From a bacterium (GTDB lineage Bacteria > SAR324 > NAC60-12), in contig OZ242383.1 in NCBI GenBank assembly GCA_965209155.1, positions 800,001-864,000 of the forward strand: a DNA stretch of 64,000 nucleotides, read 5' to 3'. Under the pieces are notes generated by a model that saw nothing but the letters and a program-made list of their open reading frames with translations, did not search any database and had not been told where the DNA came from. This document shows positions 10,113 to 21,708 of this stretch, one piece after another (position 1 is the first letter of the stretch; the number at the start of each line of letters is the position of its first letter). The position numbers and the translations under genes were made by a program.

Positions 10113-11123
10113 TTGGAGAGTGATGCGCTTTTAGAGGTCAGGAACCTGGTGACTGCATTTGAAACCGAAAGTGGAGTGATCCATGCGGTCGAAAACGTCA
10201 GTTTTCAACTGAAAAAAAGCCAGACCCTGGGAATCGTCGGAGAGTCTGGTTGCGGAAAAAGCGTGACTTCGCTTTCCATTATGAGGCTCCTGCCCAAACC
10301 TTTTGGTTACGTAGTCTCCGGAGAGGTCCTTCTGGAGGGGAAGGATCTGCTCAAACTCCCTGCTGGAGAAATGCGCCACGTGCGGGGAAACCGGATTTCC
10401 ATGATTTTTCAAGAACCGATGACGGCGCTCAATCCGGTGCATCGCGTCGGCAAACAAATCGGAGAAGCCTTGATGCTCCATCAACCCGAGATGGAGCAAA
10501 AGGATGTACTTTCGCAATCCGTCGAACTCCTCAGGAAAGTCGGCATTCCTGCTCCCGAACAGCGAATTCAGGAATATCCTCATCAACTCTCCGGGGGCAT
10601 GCGCCAGCGCGTGATGATTGCCATCGCGCTAGCCTGTAAACCCGATATCCTCATCGCCGATGAACCAACCACCGCCTTGGACGTCACCATTCAAGCTCAG
10701 ATCCTGGACCTGATGCTGACGTTGCAACGAGAAACGGGCATGGCCATTATCCTCATCACTCACGACCTGGGGGTCATTGCGGAGACTTGTGATGAGGTCG
10801 TCGTCATGTATGCAGGCAAAGTCGCTGAGAAAGCCTCGGTCTTTGATCTCTTCCAATCTCCCAAACATCCATATACCCGGGGATTGCTTGCTTCCATTCC
10901 CAGTTTGTCTTCGCTACCCAAAGAGGAACTGCCGACGATCGCAGGGACGGTTCCCGAATTGAACGCGTTGCCTTCCGGCTGTCGCTTCCAAAACCGTTGT
11001 CTCTACCAAGAAACAAGATGCGTTTCGGTGGCTCCTCCTTTGGAATCAGTCAATGCCACGCATTGGGTCAGTTGTTACCGGTGGCAAGAGGTCGAGAAGG
11101 AGATTTCAGCAGATTCTCATTAA
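10113..11123 (+). CDS. Peptide ABC transporter ATP-binding protein (OppD-like)
   Basis: [25 protein letters not shown]-terminal GCRF..RC. Confidence 0.92.
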   Translation: MESDALLEVRNLVTAFETESGVIHAVENVSFQLKKSQTLGIVGESGCGKSVTSLSIMRLLPKPFGYVVSGEVLLEGKDLLKLPAGEMRHVRGNRISMIFQEPMTALNPVHRVGKQIGEALMLHQPEMEQKDVLSQSVELLRKVGIPAPEQRIQEYPHQLSGGMRQRVMIAIALACKPDILIADEPTTALDVTIQAQILDLMLTLQRETGMAIILITHDLGVIAETCDEVVVMYAGKVAEKASVFDLFQSPKHPYTRGLLASIPSLSSLPKEELPTIAGTVPELNALPSGCRFQNRCLYQETRCVSVAPPLESVNATHWVSCYRWQEVEKEISADSH

Positions 11124-11163
11124 TCCCCCTCACCCTGACCCTCTCCCTCCAGGGGAGAGGGAA
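11124..11163. repeat. CCCCTCACCCTGACCCTCTCCC-N4-GGGAGAGGG intergenic hairpin repeat
   Basis: Palindromic stem CCCTCTCCC/GGGAGAGGG between the two ATPase genes; widespread bacterial repeat motif. Confidence 0.65.
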
Positions 11164-11178
11164 CAACGAATGTGACGT

Positions 11179-12168
11179 ATGTCGGAATTTTTCCTGGAAG
11201 TGAAAAAACTGAAAAAATATTTTCCGGTCTACGGGGGCGTTTTTCTACGTCAAGTTGCCAATGTATATGCCCTGGACGGAGTTTCTTTTAACGTCAGACG
11301 AGGGGAAACCATTGGTCTGGTGGGAGAATCCGGATGTGGAAAGACGACGCTGGGACGCACCGTTTTGCGATTGTACGATCCGACCGAGGGACAAATTTTT
11401 TTTAAGGGAACCGACATCACGACCATCTCTCAAAACGCCATGCGTCGCCTACGAAATAAGATGCAAATGATTTTTCAAGATCCTTTTGAATCGCTCAATG
11501 CGCGTCATACCATACGGGACATTTTAGAGGAGCCCTTTATTATCCATCGTATCGGGAACCGTGAGGAACGAGAAAAGAAAATCGATCAATTGCTTGAAAT
11601 CGTGGAACTGCCCACCAGCTCGAAAGACCGCTATCCCCATGAATTTTCCGGGGGGCAGCGTCAACGAATCGGGATCGCTCGCGCCATCGCTTTAGACCCC
11701 GAGTTGATCGTTTGTGATGAACCGGTTTCCGCCCTCGATGTTTCCATCCAGTCTCAAATTCTCAATCTTTTAATCACTTTGCAGAAAAATCTGGGATTGA
11801 CTTATCTTTTTATTGCGCACGACTTGTCGGTGGTGAAACACATCTCGGATCGCATCATCGTCATGTATTTAGGAAATGTCGTGGAGATGATCGAGGCGCA
11901 TTCCATCATGGAGAATCCGCTGCATCCTTATACCCAGGCTTTAGTTTCGGCAATACCAATCGCCAATCCCACCCTACGTAAAAAGAAAGTGATCTTGCAA
12001 GGTGACGTTCCCTCCCCGATCCAACCTCCGCGTGGATGCCGATTCCACACGCGTTGTCCTCACGTGCAGGATATCTGCAAGACTGAAATACCCATATTGA
12101 AGAATTACGCAGGAGAATCACCCCATTGGGCGGCTTGTCATTTTGCGGGAGAGATTGGCTCGGCTTGA
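11179..12168 (+). CDS. Peptide ABC transporter ATP-binding protein (OppF-like)
   Basis: [26 protein letters not shown]. Confidence 0.92.
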   Translation: MSEFFLEVKKLKKYFPVYGGVFLRQVANVYALDGVSFNVRRGETIGLVGESGCGKTTLGRTVLRLYDPTEGQIFFKGTDITTISQNAMRRLRNKMQMIFQDPFESLNARHTIRDILEEPFIIHRIGNREEREKKIDQLLEIVELPTSSKDRYPHEFSGGQRQRIGIARAIALDPELIVCDEPVSALDVSIQSQILNLLITLQKNLGLTYLFIAHDLSVVKHISDRIIVMYLGNVVEMIEAHSIMENPLHPYTQALVSAIPIANPTLRKKKVILQGDVPSPIQPPRGCRFHTRCPHVQDICKTEIPILKNYAGESPHWAACHFAGEIGSA

Positions 12169-12180
12169 ATGGATCCGGGG

Positions 12181-13842
12181 TCACTCGCGTTGAGGGCCCG
12201 GCATGGGTCCGGGTTTGTAATGACGCAGCAAATAATGCAATGCGTTGCCCAGCATTTTACGGCTGTACCCGGGAAAAACGAGTCGGGATACCGATCCCAA
12301 ACGCAACGCCTCTTCCGGATTGAGCAATTCTTTCTCGTAGCGTTTGGTCAATTCGACCATGGCTGCTTCCTGTTGCGCAGTGGCTTCTGTTTCTTCTTTT
12401 CCTTCCAGCAAGGCTTGTTGAAAACGTTTTTGAATCTGCCGAATTTCGTCCTTATAAACAAATTGTCTCCCTGCAGGCCCCATTACGGCAATACGGGCCG
12501 TTGGTAAAGCAAATACGAAATCCGCGCCGACATGATAACTGTTCCAGGAAACATAGGCGCCTCCGAAAGCATTGCGCACGATCAAGGTCAGACGGGGGAC
12601 GCGCAGGTCGACGATGGCGTCCATCAGTTCCCGACCTGCCTGAATGATTCCCATCCGTTCTTGTTGCGAACCGGGAGCATAGCCCACAACGTCTTCCAAA
12701 AAAATCAGGGGAATGTTGTAAATATTGCAGAACCTTATGAATCGGGTAGCCTTCCGTGCCGCATGGACGTCGATGTTGCCTGACTCGAAGGCGCTATTAT
12801 TGGCCACGAACCCCACCACGTGACCGCCCAATCGACCATAGGCCGTGATCATTTGCTGGGCTCTTGACCCCTGGATTTCGAAATAATCGCCATAATCCAC
12901 CAACTGTTGTAAAAAAAGTCGCATGTCGAATGGAGTATTGAACCCATTGATCGGATGTGTGAAATATTTCTCCAACAATCTGGCTTCTTCTTCGACATAA
13001 GTATTCAATGAAGCCGAAGAGAATTTATAAGGCGCTAACGACTGGTTGTTGTCCGGTAGGTAGCTCAGCAATCGCAAAGCCGTTCGCAGGGCATCCACCT
13101 CATCGGAGACCTCGAGATCCGTAACCCCACTTTGCGTGTGCACGCGAGGTCCTCCCAGTTCATCGGGAGTGATCTCTTCCCCCATTGCTTCCCTGACCAC
13201 GCCTGGACCGGTTAAGCCCACGAACGTATCTCCGGGTTGAATCACGTAAGATCCTTGCCGTGGCAGGTAAGCTCCTCCTCCCGCGTTGTAACCGAACATC
13301 AACATGATGGAAGGCACGATGCCACTAATTTTTCGGATGGCTGCGAAGGCTTCTCCATAACCATCGAGTCCTCCCACGCCATCGGGGACGAAAGCGCCTG
13401 CCGAATCGTTCATACCAATGAGGGGAATACCATGTTCTCCCGCCATTAAAATTTGCCGTGCGAGTTTAGCCCCGTTGGTCGCATTCATCGAGCCGGCCCG
13501 CAGGGTGAAGTCATGCCCGTAGACAGCTACGTCACGACCATCGATTTGGAGAATTCCGGTCACAATGGAGGCCCCGTCGAGCTCCCTACCCCAATTTTCA
13601 AAGGTGATGTGGGGGACTTCCCGGGTCAACACGCGTAGCTTTTCCCAGACCGTCATCCGGTTTTTCTGATGTTGAGTGCGTACTCGCGCGAGTCCTCCAC
13701 CCTGACGGGGTTTCTCCCGAAGTTCCTTTCCTCTCTCGAGCATCTCATGGTAGATGCGGGCTTGCGAATCGATAGCTTCCGAAGAGTGAAGAGGAGATCC
13801 GGACGTAAAAGGGTTTGTCAGTTGCACCTTCTTATTCATCAC
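12181..13842 (-). CDS. Acyl-CoA carboxylase carboxyltransferase (beta) subunit
   Basis: [37 protein letters not shown] carboxyltransferase motifs. Confidence 0.88.
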   Translation of the reverse strand: MMNKKVQLTNPFTSGSPLHSSEAIDSQARIYHEMLERGKELREKPRQGGGLARVRTQHQKNRMTVWEKLRVLTREVPHITFENWGRELDGASIVTGILQIDGRDVAVYGHDFTLRAGSMNATNGAKLARQILMAGEHGIPLIGMNDSAGAFVPDGVGGLDGYGEAFAAIRKISGIVPSIMLMFGYNAGGGAYLPRQGSYVIQPGDTFVGLTGPGVVREAMGEEITPDELGGPRVHTQSGVTDLEVSDEVDALRTALRLLSYLPDNNQSLAPYKFSSASLNTYVEEEARLLEKYFTHPINGFNTPFDMRLFLQQLVDYGDYFEIQGSRAQQMITAYGRLGGHVVGFVANNSAFESGNIDVHAARKATRFIRFCNIYNIPLIFLEDVVGYAPGSQQERMGIIQAGRELMDAIVDLRVPRLTLIVRNAFGGAYVSWNSYHVGADFVFALPTARIAVMGPAGRQFVYKDEIRQIQKRFQQALLEGKEETEATAQQEAAMVELTKRYEKELLNPEEALRLGSVSRLVFPGYSRKMLGNALHYLLRHYKPGPMPGPQRE

Positions 13843-13971
13843 TGATTTTTAAAAATTGGAGATGTTACCATGCTGATGATTAATTATTGCGGACTTGATT
13901 CCTATTCCTACCATGATCCTGACTGATGAAAAAGAATTTTGTGAGCGGGAAAAGTCCGTACATCCCTCTAT

Positions 13972-14018
13972 GTCATTCCCGCTAAACTTGTCCCCGCGAA
14001 AGCGGGGAGCGGGAATCC
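13972..14018. repeat. Nested REP-like hairpin
   Basis: GTCATTCCCGC TA AACTTGTCCCCGCGAAAGCGGGG A GCGGGAATCC: a hairpin inside a hairpin loop. Confidence 0.7.
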
Positions 14019-14043
14019 AGATGCTAAAAGTTATTTTGGGCTG

Positions 14044-14646
14044 TTAATGCCTGAGAAGTAAAATGAGGAGCCAGATTTCCATTAAGACGATGATTCCCCA
14101 CAGTGTCCAAAGGCACCACTGCTGACTATTGAATGAAAGTTGGATAGAAGGAATGAATTCCGTGGGAAATTTGGAGTCGAAAGAAGAAGTTTGGGCACCC
14201 GGATCGGATGCGGCGCAGATTGCAATTTGACAGAAATCTTCATCAGAGAGAAAATCAACGATTCCATCAAATGGCAGATTGAGAGGAGTATCGAATTCAA
14301 TACCAATCCAGCAGCCTTCTTTATAGGGAGAAGTCCACGCAACTTTACCTTCGCGCTCCCAACTCTCTTCCGTAAATTTTACTTCTTCTCCAAATTGGTT
14401 TCTTTCCAGAAAAAAAAGAATGTGATAAGGGACCGTCTCATCGAGAGGTTCTTCTGAATGTAATTGAATTCCCAGGGCAGTCCAGTGGGTTACTTGTCCG
14501 GTTGCCATTTCTCCGTCAATTAAAAGTTCCGCCGGCAGAAGATAGGGAAAGCGTTTTTGCGGGTGGGTCATGGAAAAGGTCAGGTCGATTGGAATCATGC
14601 GTGTGATACAGTCAGGAACTCTGTATTCATTAAAAATTTTCTGCAA
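14044..14646 (-). CDS. Degenerate PilZ-like domain protein with C-terminal TM helix (start uncertain, possibly 14571)
   Basis: KRFPYLLPA...GIQL...EGKVAW...IGIEF pattern; hydrophobic C-terminus. Confidence 0.5.
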   Translation of the reverse strand: MQKIFNEYRVPDCITRMIPIDLTFSMTHPQKRFPYLLPAELLIDGEMATGQVTHWTALGIQLHSEEPLDETVPYHILFFLERNQFGEEVKFTEESWEREGKVAWTSPYKEGCWIGIEFDTPLNLPFDGIVDFLSDEDFCQIAICAASDPGAQTSSFDSKFPTEFIPSIQLSFNSQQWCLWTLWGIIVLMEIWLLILLLRH

Positions 14647-15009
14647 TCATGCAAGCGCAAATCCTCTGTTACCTGCCGCTTCTTTAAGCAACTGTTTAAA
14701 AAATGGGCAGAAAATGCAACAATTCATTTTCAAATAAACATATAAATTCAGTATTTTATAGATTGGTTTAGATTTTGCTGTACAAAAGAATGGTTGGTAT
14801 GCGGAAGGAGATTTATTGAAAATCGAAAACGATGCGCTTACCGGTAGGATTTGCTTGCGTTTTTTGCGCTCTTCCTTTATTCTGCTTGATCTAAAGCACG
14901 CATTAAAAATTCGGAGAAAATAAATCATCCGTTACGTGATCCAACCTCAGTGAGAATTCAACGAATTCACTGATTCCATTCTTTCAAGATTAATTAAAGG
15001 GAGACTCAC

Positions 15010-16422
15010 ATGACACCTAAAGAGTTGATTACATTTGTTAAAGAAAACAACGTAGAGTTCATAGACCTGCGTTTCATCGATCTTCCAGGAGTATGGCAGC
15101 ATTTTTCGATACCTGCTCACGAATTGACGGAAGACATATTTGAAGAAGGAGCCGGATTTGACGGTTCAAGTATCCGGGGATTTCAAGGAATTCAAGAAAG
15201 CGACATGTTGCTCTTTCCAGACGCCGGTGCGCATTTCATGGATTCTTTCACCAAGGTACCAACCCTGAATTTGATCTGTGATATCGGGGACCCGATCACC
15301 AGGGAACGCTATACCAAAGATCCACGATATGTCTCTCAAAAGGCGGAAAATTATCTCAATTCGACAGGCATTGGAGATACCATCTATTTTGGACCGGAAG
15401 CCGAATTTTTTATTTTCGACGACATTCGCTTCAACCAAACCTACAATCAGGGATTTTACTATATCGATTCAGAAGAAGGTTTTTGGAATTCAGGAAGGGA
15501 AGAAAATCCAAACCTCGGTTATAAACCTCGCTATAAAGAAGGCTATTTCCCTGTTCCACCAATGGACAGTCAGCAAGACATCCGTTCTGAGATGGTGATG
15601 GAAATGGAAAAAGCAGGCATTGACATCGAGATCCATCACCATGAAGTCGGTACCGCAGGTCAAGCCGAAATCGATATGCGTTTTGACACGATGACCCGAA
15701 TGGCGGACAAATTGATCACTTATAAGTACATTGTAAAAAATGTGGCGAAACGATATGGAAAAACGGCGACCTTTATGCCAAAGCCCATTTTCGAGGACAA
15801 TGGCTCCGGAATGCATTGCCACCAGAGCATTTGGAAGGATGGGAAAAACACCTTCTTCGGACAAGGCTATGCCGGATTGAGCGACGAAGCCCGCTGGTAC
15901 ATTGGCGGATTGTTGGAACACGCTCCGGCCTTGTGCGCGTTTATCACTCCGACCACCAACTCCTATCGACGGTTGGTACCCGGTTACGAAGCGCCTATCT
16001 ATTTGCTTTATTCTCAAAGGAATCGCAGCGCGGCATGTCGGATTCCGATGTATTCCAGCAGTGAAAAAGCGAAACGAGTGGAATTCCGTACCCCGGATCC
16101 TTCTTGCAACGGCTACCTGGCTTTTGCAGCCATGTTGATGGCGGGTCTGGATGGCATTCAAAATAAAATCGAGCCGCCGGAACCCATGGATAAAAACATT
16201 TATGATTTGAGCCCGGAAGATGCCGGAGAGATTCGTGGAGTGCCTGCCAGTTTGGATGAAGCGCTCGACAATTTGGAAAATGGTGGGGATTTCTTATTCA
16301 AGGGTGGAGTTTTTACAGAAGATTTGGTCGAAAGTTGGCTGGAGTACAAGCGGGAAGTGGAAGTCGACGGCATGCGGCTTCGTCCACATCCCTATGAATT
16401 CGCATTGTACTACGATATTTAA
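15010..16422 (+). CDS. glnA: Type I glutamine synthetase
   Basis: [43 protein letters not shown], adenylylation site KNIYDL. Confidence 0.97.
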   Translation: MTPKELITFVKENNVEFIDLRFIDLPGVWQHFSIPAHELTEDIFEEGAGFDGSSIRGFQGIQESDMLLFPDAGAHFMDSFTKVPTLNLICDIGDPITRERYTKDPRYVSQKAENYLNSTGIGDTIYFGPEAEFFIFDDIRFNQTYNQGFYYIDSEEGFWNSGREENPNLGYKPRYKEGYFPVPPMDSQQDIRSEMVMEMEKAGIDIEIHHHEVGTAGQAEIDMRFDTMTRMADKLITYKYIVKNVAKRYGKTATFMPKPIFEDNGSGMHCHQSIWKDGKNTFFGQGYAGLSDEARWYIGGLLEHAPALCAFITPTTNSYRRLVPGYEAPIYLLYSQRNRSAACRIPMYSSSEKAKRVEFRTPDPSCNGYLAFAAMLMAGLDGIQNKIEPPEPMDKNIYDLSPEDAGEIRGVPASLDEALDNLENGGDFLFKGGVFTEDLVESWLEYKREVEVDGMRLRPHPYEFALYYDI

Positions 16423-16427
16423 TTTCA

Positions 16428-16448
16428 AGGGGATCCGAAAAGGTCCCC
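16428..16448 (+). terminator. Hairpin after glnA (no clear U-tract)
   Basis: GGGGATCC-GAAA-AGGTCCCC between glnA and glnE. Confidence 0.35.
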
Positions 16449-16455
16449 GGATTCC

Positions 16456-19400
16456 ATGGAGACGATGTCAGAGTGGATCCGACGTCTTATCAGACAATGT
16501 CAGGCTGCTTCCGATTGGAAGCAGCCTCTTTCCGTTTATCTTCAAAGAAATAATTTTCCGGATCCCGTTTCAATCCTCGATCTTTTCCAACGGCTTCGTC
16601 ACCTTCCCGGATTTTCTGCTCAAATCGAAAAAGTCCTTCCTCCATTGCTCTTGTCCGGCAATTTAAAAACGGCCTTAGTGCAGCTACGTGATTTTTCAGT
16701 CACCTTTGAAGAGAAAGTCCGTCATCCTTTTGATTTCAGTCATCCCCATGCACCAGCACTATTGAGTATTTTTGCTCAGAGCGAATTCCTCATCCGCCAC
16801 TTGCTCAAGTATCCCCACTTGGGTTTGTCCGTTCTGGATTCTCCCTTCCTGCTGCAGAGCAAGTCGAGTCAGACCATGCTGACAGAACTATTGGACCGAT
16901 TCAAGCGATACGAAGACCTGGACAGGAATATCCTGAAAAAAGAGCTCCGTCTTTTCAAATATGAAGAGTTTTTAAGGATCACCATTCGAGACCTGTCAGA
17001 ATTGGCTCCCTTTGAAGAAATATTGGAAGAACTGACTGCCGTAGCAACTTGTTGCGCACAAATTGCCTTGGAAGGCGCATTTAAAATTGCTCGGGGAGTG
17101 ACCCCCTTTCAATTCCAATTTGATGATTCAGCAGACACGGTATCGTTTCAGCAGACCGCCCCATTTATAGTTTTGGGTCTCGGGAAACTGGGGGGAAGTG
17201 AATTGAATTATTCTTCTGATATCGATCCCATCTTGATTTGTACTGAGGATCCCAATGAAAACGGGCATTCATTGACCTCCGACAAGACGCTGGTCAAAAC
17301 CGCCCAGAGCTGGATTGAGTTGCTGGGCGAGACAACGGAGGATGGATTTGTCGCACGGGTTGACATGCGATTGCGTCCCGGAGGAGAAACCGCTCCTCTT
17401 TTCCAGAGTTTGTTGGAGTCTGAATTATATTATGAGACGCAAGGAGCGACCTGGGAACGACAAGCCTTGATCAAAGCCAGACCTGTGGCAGGCAACCTAC
17501 CTGCCGGGACACTGTTTCTCAAAAACCTCTCTCCATTCATTTATAGAAAACAGGTCGATGAAAACATGCTGAGCGAGATTCGTAAGATCAAGCAGCGTAT
17601 CGAAAAGGAACATCTGAAAAAGCATTTGAACGTAAAGTTGGGAGTGGGTGGTATTCGAGAAGTCGAATTCTTCGTCCAGATCTTCCAACTCCTCTATGGT
17701 GGCGCGCAGCCTGTATTGCGTCAACCAAATACCCTGAAGACTATCGAAATTTTAAAGCAATACCATTACATCCCCAACACCGATGCCGAAAACCTCCGTC
17801 TTGATTATGTTTTCTTGCGTAAACTGGAACACCGGCTTCAAATGGTACAGGAACTCCAAACCCATACCATTCCAGGAAATGTCAAACAGCAACAGGTCCT
17901 GGCAAGGCATATGGGGTATAAGGAAGAAGATATCGGAAGAGCACGAAGGCATTTTCTCCAGGATCTCAAAGATACCATGTTGAGGGTACGTTCAATTTTC
18001 AGCGCATTGTTCGACCAGGAATATTTGGAAATAGAAGCAGCAATCCGTAACAACACGCATTTTGTAAATATATCTGAAAAGGACCAGACGCTTTTTGAGA
18101 ATTCCGCCCGTCGATTCACGGCGCTCATTCGCCAATCCGAAATGGCGCATGTCGAAAACCGACATCGCGCTGGCAGTCTTCTCGTCATCCGATTTCAGCA
18201 ATTGATCGAACGCATCCAAGCCCGTTTGGATTACTACCAGCATTTACTGGATTACCCCGCGTCCCTGCAACGCTTGTCTCGAATTGCCGAAACCAGTGAA
18301 TTTCTCTGGAACTATTTGCTCAACCACCTGGAACTGCTCAAGCAGTTGGACGCCAGCGAAATTCTGCATTCCCGTATCGAATGGGAAGCGCAATTGGCGG
18401 CGAAACTGGACAATTGTGAGGGAGAAGAAGAGCGTTTGGACGCTTTGAGAGAATTCAAACATGCGGTCACTTTTTTAATTGGCAGTGCCGAGTTGGAAGG
18501 GATCCAGTATTATGAGCAAGCAAGGCAACGTTTGACTATTCTTGCGGAAGTTATTCTGCAAGCCGCCTACCTCATCGTACGGAATCAAATGAGAGAACAA
18601 TTCGGTGTCCCTTTTTCGGACCACCAACCGACCCGTCTGGCAATACTGGGCATGGGAAAGCTGGGAGGCTCTGAATTGACGTACCAATCGGATTTGGATC
18701 TCATTTTCATTTGTTCGGCGGAGGGAAGCACGTCCGGTCCCAGGAAAATCAGCAATTATGAATATTACGCCAAATTGATCCAGCGTCTCGTTTCAACACT
18801 TTCATCCTTCACCCGAAATGGATACGCTTATCGAGTGGATACGCGCCTTCGCCCTTCGGGAAATGGAGGACCTTTGGTCAGCACGTTGTCCTATTATGAA
18901 AACTATCACCAGACTTCCTTACCCTGGGAACGACAAGCGCTTCTCAAAGGAAGAGTCGTGGCAGGAGACATGGAACGGGATTGGGTCGCTGCAGTGGAGA
19001 ATGCGAAAAAAAAGGCTATTTATGGAAGGGGAATTCCCAAAGACCTCAAACAAACAATTGCGCACCTTCGCAGACGCAAAGAAAAAGAGATTGCCCAAGA
19101 AAGCGAACATATAAAAAATATCAAAGAGGGATATGGAGGCATGTTGGATATTGAATACCTCACCCAATACCTGCAAATGAGACATGGAGAAAGCATTCCG
19201 GAGCTGCAAAATCCCCATACGTTGGAGGTCTTGAGAGTCTTGGAAAAGCACCGTTTTTTGGATCACTCCACAAGCGAAGCTTTGCAAGAAGCCTACACCT
19301 TCTACCGCCTGGTAGAGAGCTACTTGCGCTTACTATGTGATACCGATACCAACCTGCTTGATTTTGATCAACTACAATCCGAGCAGTTGACCCACTTCCT

Positions 19401-19512
19401 GCATCTCCATGGCTTCTCGGTTACGGATGTCTTGAAAACGTACCAGAATACCAATCAAACAGTCCGTACCCTCTACCGGAAAATCATGCAGGACGATTCG
19501 TATCCCTCCTGA
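16456..19512 (+). CDS. glnE: Bifunctional glutamine synthetase adenylyltransferase/adenylyl-removing enzyme
   Basis: Two nucleotidyltransferase domains (GKLGGSELNYSSDID; GKLGGSELTYQSDLD), VDMRLRPGG, WERQAL twice; adjacent to glnA. Confidence 0.92.
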   Translation: METMSEWIRRLIRQCQAASDWKQPLSVYLQRNNFPDPVSILDLFQRLRHLPGFSAQIEKVLPPLLLSGNLKTALVQLRDFSVTFEEKVRHPFDFSHPHAPALLSIFAQSEFLIRHLLKYPHLGLSVLDSPFLLQSKSSQTMLTELLDRFKRYEDLDRNILKKELRLFKYEEFLRITIRDLSELAPFEEILEELTAVATCCAQIALEGAFKIARGVTPFQFQFDDSADTVSFQQTAPFIVLGLGKLGGSELNYSSDIDPILICTEDPNENGHSLTSDKTLVKTAQSWIELLGETTEDGFVARVDMRLRPGGETAPLFQSLLESELYYETQGATWERQALIKARPVAGNLPAGTLFLKNLSPFIYRKQVDENMLSEIRKIKQRIEKEHLKKHLNVKLGVGGIREVEFFVQIFQLLYGGAQPVLRQPNTLKTIEILKQYHYIPNTDAENLRLDYVFLRKLEHRLQMVQELQTHTIPGNVKQQQVLARHMGYKEEDIGRARRHFLQDLKDTMLRVRSIFSALFDQEYLEIEAAIRNNTHFVNISEKDQTLFENSARRFTALIRQSEMAHVENRHRAGSLLVIRFQQLIERIQARLDYYQHLLDYPASLQRLSRIAETSEFLWNYLLNHLELLKQLDASEILHSRIEWEAQLAAKLDNCEGEEERLDALREFKHAVTFLIGSAELEGIQYYEQARQRLTILAEVILQAAYLIVRNQMREQFGVPFSDHQPTRLAILGMGKLGGSELTYQSDLDLIFICSAEGSTSGPRKISNYEYYAKLIQRLVSTLSSFTRNGYAYRVDTRLRPSGNGGPLVSTLSYYENYHQTSLPWERQALLKGRVVAGDMERDWVAAVENAKKKAIYGRGIPKDLKQTIAHLRRRKEKEIAQESEHIKNIKEGYGGMLDIEYLTQYLQMRHGESIPELQNPHTLEVLRVLEKHRFLDHSTSEALQEAYTFYRLVESYLRLLCDTDTNLLDFDQLQSEQLTHFLHLHGFSVTDVLKTYQNTNQTVRTLYRKIMQDDSYPS

Positions 19513-19529
19513 CGTACGCGTTTCCTTCT

Positions 19530-20450
19530 CTATTTCTTTTTCCGGACTGAAAGGCCATAGCGTCCGATACCACCGCGCAGGCGGGGGTCGAGCAGGTCAC
19601 GCAGGGCATCGCCAAACATGTTGACACCGAAGACCACGAGGGCCAGGCCGAGCCCGGGCCAGATCGCCATCCAGGGATTCTGCAACAAGTAAACGCGGCC
19701 TTCCAGGCTGAGCATGCCACCCCAGGTAGGCTGGGGCGGAGGAATGCCGAATCCGAGAAAACTGATAGTGGCCTCGGCGAGGATATTTCCTCCAAGGGAG
19801 ATCGTAAACAAAACAATGATCGGCGCATAGAGTTGGGGCAGGATGTGTACGATGAGAATACGCCAGGTAGGACAACCCACCCCCCTCGCAGCAGTCACGT
19901 ATTCACTTTCCTTGACGCTGAGGACCACCCCCCGCATCGTGCGGATATTGGCAATCCCCCATTGAAATCCGATCACAATGATGAGCTGGACCATCCCTGG
20001 TCCCAACAGGGCCATGATGGTCAGGGTGAGGAAGAGCCAGGGGAAACACATGATGGCATCCACAATGCGCTGGAGGATCAGGTCGAATTTACCACCCCAG
20101 TATCCAGAAATCAGCCCGAAGACCGTGGCAATCACAATTTGCAGCACCCCGGAACCCACTCCCACAATCATCGAAATTTGGGCGCCATGGATGATCCGGC
20201 TCAACAGGTCTCGACCGAATTGATCAGTCCCCAAGGGAAAGTCGAGCGAAGGACCTTCCAGGATATGGGCCAGGTTGCGCTGGAAGATGCCAAAGGGGGC
20301 CAGGTAATCGGCGAAAATGCCAACGATGAAAAAAACCAGCACAATAATTCCCCCAAACGTTCCCAGGGGTTGCTCCTGTACGAGCCTTCTGAAGAACTCT
20401 CGAACACGTCCTTTTTTTTCTTTGAAGAATGTCTCTTGCGTCATATTCAT
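19530..20450 (-). CDS. Peptide/nickel ABC permease (DppC-like)
   Basis: PLGTDQFGRD, PTWGGML, GDALRDLLDPRLRG. Confidence 0.9.
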   Translation of the reverse strand: MNMTQETFFKEKKGRVREFFRRLVQEQPLGTFGGIIVLVFFIVGIFADYLAPFGIFQRNLAHILEGPSLDFPLGTDQFGRDLLSRIIHGAQISMIVGVGSGVLQIVIATVFGLISGYWGGKFDLILQRIVDAIMCFPWLFLTLTIMALLGPGMVQLIIVIGFQWGIANIRTMRGVVLSVKESEYVTAARGVGCPTWRILIVHILPQLYAPIIVLFTISLGGNILAEATISFLGFGIPPPQPTWGGMLSLEGRVYLLQNPWMAIWPGLGLALVVFGVNMFGDALRDLLDPRLRGGIGRYGLSVRKKK

Positions 20451-20513
20451 AAAGTTTAATCATTTCGGGGTCTGTTTAGATCCCTTGAAAACATTGAACA
20501 TAGAACAACCATG

Positions 20514-21482
20514 CTAATTAAATCGAATTCGCGGATCGAGCCAGGCATAGCTGAGGTCGACGAGGACGTTGACGACCAGGACAAAGCCGGCGATGACCAG
20601 GTTGACTCCGGAGACGATAGTATAGTCCCGGTCCACCAGTGAGGAAACGACAAGCGCCCCGAGTCCCGGCAGGCTGAACAAATATTCGATCACCACCGCA
20701 CCTCCTATTAAAACAGGTAGTTGTAACCCAATCATGGTCACCACCGGAATCATTGCATTCTTCAAGACGTGCCGCAACATAATGACCCGCTCCCGGAGCC
20801 CCTTGGACCAGGCCGTCCGTACATAATCCTGTCGGAGTACCTCGAGCATCATGCTGCGGGTCAAGCGCATGGTGATTCCGGAGAGCCACATCCCCAGAAC
20901 GAAGGCGGGGATGAGGAACATGCCTAAATTCCCGATGGGGTCTTCAAAAAAAGGAACATAAAACAGACGTGGCCCCCATCCCCACCAAATGGAGGGGTAG
21001 GTCAAGATCAACGTACCCAGCCAGAAACTGGGCACGCAGATGAAAAAGATGGCAATACTGCGCAAGATATAATCACCAGCCGTGTTGGGACGCATCGCCG
21101 AAAGAATCCCCACCGGTAAGGCAATGGCTAAAGAGATGATAAGCGCCAGGAAACCCAATTCAAAGGATGCAGGCACCCGGTCGGAGATGATCCTGGCCAC
21201 AGGAGCCCTGGTCCACATGGAGAGCCCCAGGTCCCCCTGCAATACCCCCCCGATCCATTGTCCATACTGGATATGCATGGGAAGATCCAACCCGAGAAAA
21301 CGCTCGATTTCCGCAATGGCCTCTTCGTTGGAAAAATTCCCGGCGCCCATCAATGCCATTTGTGAGATCATCTTTTCAATGACGTTGCCGGGGATGAGAC
21401 GGACTGTGAGGAAGATAACGATGGTCACCAAAAGAAAGGTGGGAATGATCAGGAGGAATCGTCGCAGGATATAGGTTTGCAT
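20514..21482 (-). CDS. Peptide/nickel ABC permease (DppB-like)
   Basis: YILRRFL, EVLRQDYVRTAWSKGL, LDPRIR. Confidence 0.9.
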   Translation of the reverse strand: MQTYILRRFLLIIPTFLLVTIVIFLTVRLIPGNVIEKMISQMALMGAGNFSNEEAIAEIERFLGLDLPMHIQYGQWIGGVLQGDLGLSMWTRAPVARIISDRVPASFELGFLALIISLAIALPVGILSAMRPNTAGDYILRSIAIFFICVPSFWLGTLILTYPSIWWGWGPRLFYVPFFEDPIGNLGMFLIPAFVLGMWLSGITMRLTRSMMLEVLRQDYVRTAWSKGLRERVIMLRHVLKNAMIPVVTMIGLQLPVLIGGAVVIEYLFSLPGLGALVVSSLVDRDYTIVSGVNLVIAGFVLVVNVLVDLSYAWLDPRIRFN

Positions 21483-21645
21483 GGAACCATTTTCATTAGC
21501 GCTGCTTGGAAAGCCTGTTTATATGGCCAAGAACGCGCAAAAACGAACAAGAACCAATAAATTTATTCATTCCCACCCTCCTGCCCGAATACGGAGGAAT
21601 GGGAATGACTTAATTTCTTGCGTGATCCTGGCAATTGCCAAATTG

Positions 21646-21687
21646 AAAAAGGGAATGGGATGTGAGCGAACGCCCCATCCCACTCCT
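21646..21687 (-). terminator. Intrinsic terminator-like hairpin after the SBP gene
   Basis: Minus strand GGAGTGGGATG...CATCCCATTCCC followed by TTTTT. Confidence 0.6.
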
Positions 21688-21708
21688 GTGGTTCAGGAGA
21701 AGGAGATT

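Noticed and set aside
14650..15009. Sigma-54 or NtrC sites upstream of glnA
   Set aside because: No convincing TGGCAC-N5-TTGC or TGCAC-N7-GTGCA match seen by eye.
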